From Octopus vulgaris (taxonomy: Eukaryota), in contig OX597831.1 of assembly GCA_951406725.2 (NCBI GenBank), positions 58,156,001-58,220,000 on the forward strand: DNA of 64,000 nucleotides, given 5' to 3'. A program made the translations under genes and the position numbers. Positions 53,959-64,000 of this stretch are shown one piece after another. The notes beneath the pieces were generated by a model, which saw only the letters and a program-made list of their open reading frames with translations, had not been told where the DNA came from and searched no databases. Within the stretch, counting starts at the first letter, position 1. Every line of letters begins with the position of its first letter.

Positions 53959-54384
53959 TATACATATATATGTATGTATATATATATATGCATACTCACA
54001 CACACTTATATATGTATGTATACACACACAGACACAAACACACACACATATATATATGCACACTCGCGCGCGTACACACACACATACACATTAATATATA
54101 CATAGATATGTATATATTATATCTATATAAATAAATATACATTTTAAAAATATTTTATTTCATTTATATTTGATTATGTTTATTCCTTCACACAGCTAAT
54201 GTACAGTGATGGTATCTTTTCACATTATTCGACCGACTAACCATAACAGTCACATATCCGTCTTCAAAAATATAAGAAACGAAGGACAAATTTGATGATG
54301 TACACCTTGGTGTACTTAGTCTGAACAAAAGATGAGACAATCATAGGTTCAGTGTCTTTGAATTTAAGTCTATTTGATTACTAT

Positions 54385-54794
54385 TTTACTCTTTTACTTG
54401 TTTCAATCAATTGACTGAGGCCATGCTGGAGCACCGCCTTTAGTCGAGCAAATCGACCCCGGGACTTATTCTTTGTAAGCCCAGTACTTATTTTATCGGT
54501 CTCTTTTGCCGAACCGCTAAGTGACGGGGACGTAAACACACCAGCATCGGTTGTCAAGCAATGCTAATGGGACAAACACAGACACACAAACACACAAACA
54601 CACACACATATATATACATATACATATATACGACAGGCTTCTTTCAGTTTCCGTCTACCAAATCCACTCACAAGGCATTGGTCGGCCCGGGGCTATAGCA
54701 GAAGACACTTGTCCAAGATGCTACGCAGTGGGACTGAACCCGGAACCATGTGGTTGGTTAGCAAGCTACTTACCACACAGCCACTCCTGCGCCT
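54385..54794 (-). mobile_element. SINE family A, full length
   Basis: Matches the consensus. Confidence 0.92.
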
Positions 54795-55558
54795 ATTGAT
54801 TGTTGCGTTTAAACGAATAAAAGTTCCAACAACAGCAACAACAATAAGATCAACGTTGTCTTTTAAAACACTATTTCTTGTAAAGTCTAGCAGCAGTCCT
54901 TGATTATAGGCTGTCGGGACAGTCTATAATCAGGACAGAAAAGAGACAGGCAAATTACAGTGTTTAATAAGATTGATATGTTAAAATACTTTTCAAACTT
55001 GTCCAATACTTTTGCACCCCCACCCCAAAAAACGTAATAAGAATACAAACTCGGTTTTATCTAATCATTCGTAACATGCAGTGGAGGGTTCAAAAAATTT
55101 AACAAATATGTATTTGTCAGTTTGAGAAACACTAACATCAAGGGAAATAACTTTAAAAATTTGGTCAGCAGTTATCTCCCTTGAAATTTTTTTTTCTCGC
55201 GTTAAAATTGTAAATTAATGAACTAAAAGAGGGGCCTAATGCCAATAATAGGGCCAGTTTTCAATTTCCGCTCTCTAAGGTTCATAAATTGAATATCATA
55301 TATTCATATTAAATTCATATTAATCTTAGATGAAAGCTGTATGAATCTTTATATTTTCCAGTAAAAGTGGACCCAAACACAACTGACGTTATCATTTGAA
55401 TTTCCACTCACGTGTGTGACTTACAACCAGATTGTATCGTAAACAGTAGTCAGAGTCGTCACAAAGTTCTAAATTTGAATTACGGAATTGAAAAGAATTC
55501 AAGTAGAATCAAAAGTTCGTATACTTTAGGTTTAGTAATCAGCTTGCATGGGAACCTG

Positions 55559-55991
55559 GGATCTTTTCGGTTTGAACGGCAGTTTTTTTTCTAGCGGTGT
55601 CATATGAAATTGTCACCCATAATTATGACTCTAGTATCGATCTATTGCATTTCAATCTGTTTTAGGGTTAGGGTTAGTTAGGGTTGGGGTTAGGGGTGGG
55701 GGGAAGGGTATCTTTTTTCTTCAGAAATGTAAATAAACCCAATCTGTTTCTTAAATGAGGGACATATTCATACGGCACAGAATGTTTTCACCTCAATAAA
55801 CGTCATTGATTGGTTGAAATTGCAGAAATTGAAGAAAAAAACAACAAATATCTTACAAACTATAGAATTTCTTCAATAAAGCCAAGAGAAAAAGATGTTT
55901 TATAAAAACATTCTACCATTATACGAAGTTTAAAAGTGTTAAGTTACGTGGAAATTATTTTAAAAAATTGCCATTCAAACCGAAAAGATCC
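55559..55991. mobile_element. TTAGGG-containing MITE (copy 2)
   Basis: Same TIRs as copy 1; flanks ggaacctg / gaaacctg. Confidence 0.9.
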
Positions 55992-56267
55992 GAAACCTGT
56001 ATTTTGTCGCTTGGCATGCTAGATATAGCAGCTGAATTTTCCACACCCATTGTTGTACATCAAGAGATCGAAGTGGGGCTTTATTGCTACGCCGCACATC
56101 GATTGGTTTTCGATCCTTTGCGTCTAAGAGCACTTACCTTATTTTAGACAATGTGACTTACTTGCTTCCCGTCAAATGATTGTTGAAAACCATTTTCCAC
56201 GTCAGCATTGCCTGAGTATCCAGTCGTTCCATACTGTTGCCGCCCTCTGTTATCCATATCTACGGAT

Positions 56268-56578
56268 GTGGTGGCACATGGCCTAGTGGTTAGAGCAGCG
56301 GACTCGCGGTCGAGGGATCGCGTTGTTCGAATCTCAGACCGGGCGATGTGTCTGTTTATGAGCGAAACACCTAAGCTCCACGTGGCTCCAGCAGAAGGTA
56401 ATGGCAAAACTTCTGCTAACTCTTTCGCCACAACTTTCTCTCACTCTTTCCTCTTGCATCTTGCAGCTCCCCTGCGACGGACCGGCGTCCCGTCCAGGTG
56501 GGGAACCTATACGCCAAGAAACCGGGAAATCGGCCCTTATGAGCCAAGCTTGGCTCGAGAAGGAACAAACAAACAACA
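56268..56578 (+). mobile_element. SINE head C + tail 2
   Basis: TSD atatctac(g/t)gat. Confidence 0.9.
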
Positions 56579-56917
56579 ATATCTACTGATGCGGTTTAGC
56601 TATCAGTAAATTTTCTGTAATCTTTCTATCTTATTTACCTACGCTAAAGCAACGCCAACCTCACGTGTAACCTTCTCTTCACATTCGTATTTTCTGGAAA
56701 ATGGACTTACAAATTTTTGCAATTCCATAATCTAAATTTAGAACTTTGTGACGTCTCTGACTACTGCCTACGATACACTCTAGTTGGAAGTCACACACAT
56801 GAGTGGAAATTGAAATGATAATTCTCAGAAATGAAAAACTGTCAGATAATCTTTGTGGGTTATTGTACCATCTTGTCACACAACGACAGTGTGTACCTAA
56901 GAGGTATTCACTCTAAT

Positions 56918-57135
56918 AAGGCGGCGAGCTGGCATAATCGTTAGCACGCCGGGCGAAATGCCTAGCAGTATTTCGTCTGCCGTTACGTTCTGAGTTCAAA
57001 TTCCGCCGAGGTCGACTTTGCCTTTCATCTTTTCGGAGTCGATAAACTAAGTACCAGTTACGCACTGGGGTCGATGATATCGACTTAATCCGTTTGACTG
57101 TCCTTGTTTGTCCCCTTGAGGTTAGTAAAGAAATA
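56918..57135 (+). mobile_element. SINE family B
   Basis: TSD gg(t/c)attcactctaat. Confidence 0.92.
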
Positions 57136-57654
57136 GGCATTCACTCTAATGTGCGAAACATTTCTTAGAATTCTTCTAGACGTCGCAAGTCGGGTCGTAG
57201 AGGTCACTAGTGTGAATGGTGCATCACTATTGCTTACAACCAGTGCTATCAAATATGCATCCTTGTGCCACGAAGATCACCGTGATCTGAAGGCGCAGAA
57301 GTTTCCGAAGCACTACTGCCACTCTGCTCGATTCTCACAGATAGCACTATGTATACATCTGTTAGTCAGTCAAGAGAATCAAGTGTGTGCGCCCTGGAAG
57401 CTTACATCGACATTGTATGACCTGAAGTCGTTCAGAAGTGTCCTTGCTAATAAGCTGACTCGAAGCTGCATTCACTCATTCATTTATACAACGTACTTGT
57501 TCTGACTGCATGTTAGGCGGAGAAAGTAATAAGCGAAGCCATTTTACTCTTTTCTAGAAAATGGGTAAACTGGTTTTTAAAATAGGGGTGAGGGGTCTTG
57601 AAAAGAAAACGAAATGTCACTTGGGCTGAATATACAAAGCAAAATTTATGTTGG

Positions 57655-57795
57655 TGCAGGCGTGGTCGTGTGGTTAAGGAGCTTGTTTCCCAAACATGTG
57701 GGTCTGGGTTCACTCCCAGTGTGGCTTCTACTATAGACCCTGACCAATGAAAGTTTTGTGAGAGGATTTGGTAGACAGAAATTGAAAGACGTCCG

Positions 57796-57800
<5 letters not shown>
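57655..57800 (+). mobile_element. SINE family A, diverged 5' half
   Basis: Similar to the family A head. Confidence 0.7.
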
Positions 57801-57851
<51 letters not shown>

Positions 57852-57856
<5 letters not shown>

Positions 57857-58121
57857 AAGGGTGAAAAGGAACATGAAAAAACAAGTCAAAATAGAAAATG
57901 CTAAAATAATTTTATAAAGAACATTTCAGTACCGGTTTCGGTCATTTTGAGACCTTTTCAACTGTAACGATTAAATATGACCGAAACCGGTACTGAAATG
58001 TTCTTTATAAAAATGACCGAAACCGGTACTGAAATGTTCTTTATAAAATTATTTTAGCATTTTCTATTTTGACTTGTTTTTTCATATATATCAACTCGTG
58101 TGTTCCTTTTCACCCTTATAC
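57852..58121. mobile_element. Inverted-repeat element inside (TA)n carrying a hammerhead motif
   Basis: Arms about 57852-57945 and 58012-58121, plus a tandem 35-bp duplication at 57977-58049. Confidence 0.82.
57924..57967 (-). ncRNA. Minimal hammerhead motif, U3-A8 core variant
   Basis: TTACAG TTGAAAA GGTC TCAAAAT GACC GAAA CCGG TA CTGAAA. Confidence 0.68.
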
Positions 58122-58131
58122 ACACACACAC

Positions 58132-58196
<65 letters not shown>

Positions 58197-58425
58197 CATG
58201 TGTGTGTGTTTATATATATATATATATAAATGGATGAATGAATTATCCTTTGTTTACTGTTAACATGGAAACTTCAATAAACAATTACCAGGGTAGCAAA
58301 ATTCACGCAAGTAACAAGGATGTAGCGACCTATTCAAAGGTAGGAATTCCGGGTTAATGTGCAGCAATTTGTGTAGTATAAGTAAATAAATGGAGTTGAA
58401 CGCAGATGCTATTCAAATTCTTTTA

Positions 58426-58508
58426 CTTTCGACATATGTTTCGAAGACAACATTGGTTTTATTCCAATGGAATAAACGGTGTAAAATGCAATCTTCTCAT
58501 CAGGAAAG
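58426..58508 (-). ncRNA. Canonical type I hammerhead ribozyme motif
   Basis: CTTTC CTGATGA GAAGA...TCTTC GAAA CATATG TC GAAAG; predicted cleavage between 58431 and 58430. Confidence 0.88.
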
Positions 58509-58564
58509 AAAGAGAACCTATCTCAACAACAAGACATTATATATATATGCACATATATATTTAT

Positions 58565-58770
58565 GTGTTTATATCTTTGTGTTTCTGTTTGTCCCCCACC
58601 GCTTGCCAACCGGTGTTGGTTTGTATACAGCATAGTAACTTAAGCTGATAATGACTGACAGAATAAGTATCAGGCTTAAGAAAAGTAAATGAGTCCTGCG
58701 ATAGATTTGTTCGATTAACCCTTTCAAGGGGGAGCTCCAGGTTGGTTGCGATCTAATGAATGAAGTATAC
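58565..58770 (+). mobile_element. SINE family A, diverged 3' half
   Basis: Similar to the family A tail. Confidence 0.65.
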
Positions 58771-60123
58771 AAACACAAGTCTACATTCCCCCAAAACAAT
58801 GCTGCATGCACATCAGAATCACGTGATGCAGTAGAAACACGCATAACGCTGTGGAAGACATGATGACGATGATGATGACGATGAAGTTGACGATAATAAT
58901 AATAAGGATAATAAATTATTAATAATCTATAGTATAACAACGAAAGCTGCTTGTTAATTGGTTTGGAGAATGTAACTTTATTAAAAGAAAACAATTATTA
59001 AAGTCTATACTGTATAGCAAATTCTTATAAATTCTAATTTAAATAATATTTTTTTAATAAATATGTAGTTTATAAAAATGTGGTTTTTTGATGCGTCTGT
59101 CTTCACTTTTTCTAGAAATATAAAGGTTACCCAAACATTAACAACGCTACTTTCTACCGACATATCAGTAAAAACTTTCTTAAAATTACAAGCTTAATCC
59201 AGCGACTGTCAAAGAATGTTGATTACAGTATCCTTCCATATTTTTTGGGTGTTGTTGAAGAAATGGAAAGATGAATAAAAAAAAGTGATTTTAATTTAGT
59301 TACGTCAATTGTACCAAATATAAAATTGTCTTATTTTCTTTCAACTAAAGTATTTCATTGTTGTGCAATTATAAGAAACTGTTATAGTATATGGTAAGGA
59401 CTATAACATGGAATCTGTATATATATAAGGCAGGATGTGTGTGTGTGTGTACGTGATTGTAGTTTATGCACATCCACAAATTAGCACGCATGTCGCTCAA
59501 ATTTTAGGAGGACATTCGTCACGATCTTAGCTGTATTTTCGTCAAATTATTTTCCCCCGAGGCACCCGCGAATAGCGGTAAATAATTTTGAGCGATAACT
59601 TCAATTTTCCCGGCGAAGAAATCCACCGTAGTGACGCCATTATTGTTTACGAAATATAAGTTAAGTCCCCTTCTAGCGACGGTGTAAAGAGAGGGAGGGA
59701 GAGAGAGAGATAACTGATTTTAAAAATTTCTTTCTAGTGAGTGATTGACAGACAAAAACAGACAGACAGGTATTGTTATGTATGTATGTATGTGTGAATG
59801 GCTGGTGGAGTCGTGATGATTCTGTTTTATTGATGATTCTGTATATCAAGAACTACACGACCTAATATGTCCGTCCTTCTTTAAGATACTAAGGTGTATA
59901 ATTTGAGCAAGATTCGGCTACTATTTCTAGCAGGACAAATGCCCATGTAGATGTCTCTTTATTGACTCGAATCGAAAAGCTCAACAATTTATATCGTACC
60001 GTTTTGATGCTTAAAGTCGAAAGCTATAATACACTGTGGTATCTACGCAGAGTTAGTTGGATGTGGCCATGAATGGTTAAATATCTTGGTTACGATGATG
60101 TTGCAATATCAGCGACAGCAGAT

Positions 60124-61050
60124 AAGGTGACGAACTGACAGAATCGTGAGCACGCCGGGCAAAAAATGCTTAGCGCCATTTCATTCATCTTTACGTTTTC
60201 AATTTAACATTCCGCCGAGATCGACTTTACCTTTCATCCTTTCGAGATCGATAAAATAAGTACCAGTTGAGCACTGGGGTCGATGTAATCAACTTAGCCC
60301 CTCCCATGAAGTTGCTGGCCTTGTGCCAAAATTTAAAACCAATATCAGTGACAGTAGCTTTATATGAACTGCCGATCTCTAGGCTGGCTGTTTGGTTTTT
60401 TATCGACCCGCCAATTAAAAAGGAAAGGAAAAATATTGGGAACATTGTTATGAAGATGCAGAATCACAGGACTTGGGTTAATAAAATGCATTCTTGTGGG
60501 AGGGCAAGGGGTGGATTGTCTGACTCACTAAAACATCGAACAAATAATGCCTAGCGGTGTATTTACAATTCTTTCACTCTGAGTTCAAATCCCGCCGAGA
60601 CCAATTTTACCTCTCCTCTTTCAGGCCGAGAAAATAAAGTAGCGGTCAAGTACTGGGCTCAATATAATTGACAAACGCCTGCCTCTAAATTTGGCAGAAT
60701 CATTAGAGCGTCGAACAAAATACCTTGCGATGTTTTGTTACGGCTCTTTTGCTCTGAGTTCAAATTTCGCTAAGATCAACTTTGTCTCCCACCCTTCCAG
60801 GGTCAGGATAATAAAGTACAACTATGTACTAATGTCGATACAATCAACAAACCTCTTTCCCCAAATTTGAGGTTTTGTGCTTCAGTTGGAGAATAATAAA
60901 ATGCGATCCAGCCAGAAGGCAGTCGGTGCATTAGCAGAAATGGAAATAAAAAAAAATATCTGAGATATTTAGTTACGGATCTTTACACTGTGAGTTCAAA
61001 TTCCATTGAGGTGAATTTTACCAGCCATCCTTTCGGGGTTCGTAAGAACT
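60124..61050 (+). mobile_element. Cluster of four old SINE B-related copies
   Basis: Repeated gagttcaaat...ctttcatcctttcg-like bodies. Confidence 0.65.
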
Positions 61051-61099
61051 GATGTAATCAGTGAATCTCCAATGATACTCCTTCACGTAAAGAGGACTG

Positions 61100-61661
61100 G
61101 GATCTTTTCGGTTTGAACGGCAGTTTTTTCTAGCGGAGTCATATGAAATTGTCACCCATAATTATGACCCCAGTATCGATCTATTGCATTTCAATCTGTT
61201 TTAGGGTTAGGGTTAGGGTTAGGGGTGGGGGGGAAGGGTATCTTTTTTTTCTTCACAAATGTAAATAACCCAATCTGTTTCTTAAACGAGGGACATATTT
61301 ATACGGCACAGAATGTTTTTTTTTACCTCAATAGACGTCACTGATTGGTTGAAATTGCAGAAATTGAAGAAAAAACAACAACAAATATATTACAAACTAT
61401 AGAATTTTCTCAATAAAGCCAAGAGAAAAAGATGTTTTATAAACTCATTCTACCAGTATACGAAGTTTAAAATTATGTAGAAAGACAGCAAGGCGATAAA
61501 AACGAAAGTGAAAGAAAGAAAAAGAAGAAAGAAAGAAAAATAGATAGAAAGAAAGAAACAAAGAAACAAAGAAAGAAGTGATAGGTAGAAAAAAAGAGAT
61601 GTAATATATAAAGAGACAGAGCAAGTTATGTTAAAAACTGCCGCTCAAACCGAAAAGATCC
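61100..61661. mobile_element. TTAGGG-containing MITE (copy 3) with a ~155-bp captured insertion
   Basis: Same TIRs as copy 1; flanks gaggactg / gtggacgg. Confidence 0.9.
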
Positions 61662-62809
61662 GTGGACGGGTCACCCGTTGATGGATACGTTTTGCCAAAC
61701 AACTGACTTTCTTTATTTGCATATGCGCATCGATATATAAGCAGCAGTTGTAGTAGAATTGTGTGGGAAAAATGAAAAACGACGGCGGTGCTACTTAACA
61801 TTTTTCTTTATATTTAATCATATTATTATTTATTTATTAAAAAAAATATGGACTAAAAATGAAAAGAAACATTCAAAGAATTTCTATTCTGTATTCTTGA
61901 GATGTAAATGGCATATGCAGGTGATAGTCTTCCATATGCACTTATAGGCATCATTATTTCCATAGCTACAATAATTTTTCAGGTTCAGCTTCAACCAATA
62001 AATAGAATGATCAGTGTGAAATTCCGTTTTAGGTGATGTTATAACGATATCAGTGTGTGAGTTTCTTCTGCCGAATTATCATTGCCGAAAAACATTGTAT
62101 ATAGATTAAATAAAATTAAATATAATATAATATAATATAAATAAAATACAATGAAATACATAAATAAATGCAAACTCGTTTTACAAAGGCAGGTGTTTTC
62201 CTTGAAGCATCGAAAATCAATTTATCACTGTATGTTAGTTTACAGGTTTGCTCTGTCTCTTTAGATATTCCATCTCTTTTTTTCTATCTATCACTTCTTT
62301 CTTTCTTTCTTTCTATCTATTTTCTTTCTTTCTCTCTATCTATTTTTCTTTCTTTCTTTCTTTCACTTTCGTTTTTATCGCCTTGCTGTCTTTCTACATA
62401 ATTCGCAATTCTTAAGATTTAATTTATAGTCTAAGCTGGATGAATGTTTACGAAAGATAGTTTCACATATTTAATGTTTAACATTAAATAAACGAACATT
62501 CTCTAACTTGATAGTGAATGGTTTCTAGATGTTGACGAGCCAGCTGGCAAGCACTTAAATCCGGATTGATCTGGATTAATATCTAAAACTTATAAGCTGT
62601 TCGTCGTGGACAAAACACATTCTTCAAATTATTGACTTCATAAAGCAGCAACAAAGTGATATAAAATCGTGAAAAAAGATTTACTCTTTCAGGTTAATGA
62701 GATGTCAATACTATGCACTACAGTGAAAGTGAAGCATTCGCTGCTGATTCAACAGTCTATTACACTGTGTAACAAAATTTAAATTTTTTTATTGTCTTTG
62801 GTCAGTAAG

Positions 62810-62865
62810 GCTGACCAAAGCCTTTTGAGTGGATTTGGTAGATGGAAACTGAAAGAAGCCCGTCG

Positions 62866-62921
<56 letters not shown>

Positions 62922-63172
62922 ATGTATATGTATATGTTTGTGTGTGTGTCTGTATTTGTCCCCCCACCATCGCTTGACAACCGGTCTTGGTGTGTTTACG
63001 TCCCCGTAACTTAGCGGTTCGGCCCAAGGGACCGCTAGAATAAGTATTAAGCTTACAAAGAATAAGTCCTGGGGCGGGGGGGGGGGGGCGATTTGTTCGA
63101 CAAAAGCTGGTGCTCCCGTATGGCCGCAGTCAAATGACTGAAACAAGTAAAAGAATAAAAGAACAAAAGAAT
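62810..63172 (+). mobile_element. SINE family A, 5'-truncated
   Basis: Matches the consensus. Confidence 0.88.
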
Positions 63173-64000
63173 ACACTTGCAGAGAAAACGTTGACAGTGA
63201 CGTTGAAGTTTTGGTTTACGAGCCATCATCAGCCTAACTGAGTCTGTTCTTTTGCAGGTCTTAAATATATATTTTTTCAGTGGTGGGCAGGTTCATTCGA
63301 CGGGTGTAGCGATCTTTATGAAAATTAGATGTGGTATGAATGAATTTGCAGAGGACAAGGAGAAACAGTTGTGCACAGAGTAGTGATGGAAAACGAAAGA
63401 GCGTGTGTGTTTGTAGGGAGACAAGGATGGCGAACACAATATCTCTGGATTGACATAAGAATGTTGTGTTCGTCTTGCAGCCACTACTGGTTGCTTAAAT
63501 TTAATGTGAAGGGTTAATGCTTGTTATTGCTGGGATTTAGTTGGCACAAACATAAAGCCAGATGTTGAAGGTTAAATTTATATAGCAGGTCATGTAACAT
63601 GTAGGCCACATTCAGGTCACATTTTGCGTTAGTTGAGAGTTTTCTGTGGCCTATTCAGAATTTTTATTATGGGTTTTCTACTGTAAGAGGTTAAGGTTGA
63701 TGCATTTTAGGGTTGATACAAGAATGGTTATAAACATAAATGTCAAAGGCTAAAATTGCATCAGAGTGAAGGTCAAAGTTAGGTCAAAGTTTGTGGTTAG
63801 CGTTAAAGGCTTGCTTCTAAGCCAATCTTCGACTGATTTTGTAAAAGGTGCTCGGGTTATTATAAATTTTAATATAGATTTTGTACCGATGTATACAGAA
63901 CAGAAACATTTAAGTGTGTGTGTGTGTGTGTGTGTGTATACATGCATATGTATATCATGCACATATATATTACATATACACATATATCATACACATATAT

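Noticed and set aside
61201-61235. Telomere or chromosome-fusion signature
   Set aside because: The TTAGGG runs are short and internal to a MITE present three times.

Overview
Repeat-saturated, AT-rich animal DNA. The SINE families and (TA)n/(TG)n/(TATG)n density point to an octopus or other coleoid cephalopod; this is an inference, not a database result. Almost all listed ORFs are microsatellite or repeat artefacts. The only host-gene candidate is a minus-strand 5' end at about 224-990 (CRE/TATA-like promoter and a signal-peptide-like exon) that runs off the left edge. The rest consists of several tRNA-derived SINE families, RTE/CR1/R4-like LINE fragments, three mariner relics, a DD37E Tc1-like element, a pogo-like element, non-autonomous Helitrons, a TTAGGG-carrying MITE and a split Gypsy integrase. 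The most notable signal is a set of at least seven type-I hammerhead-ribozyme motifs in five unrelated short, often inverted-repeat elements, mostly inside (TA)n tracts (Penelope-like pseudo-LTR architecture). Their catalytic cores show three versions of the 3-8 tertiary pair: C3-G8, U3-A8 and a G3-C8 swap present in three copies. All folds were read by eye, and activity is untested.
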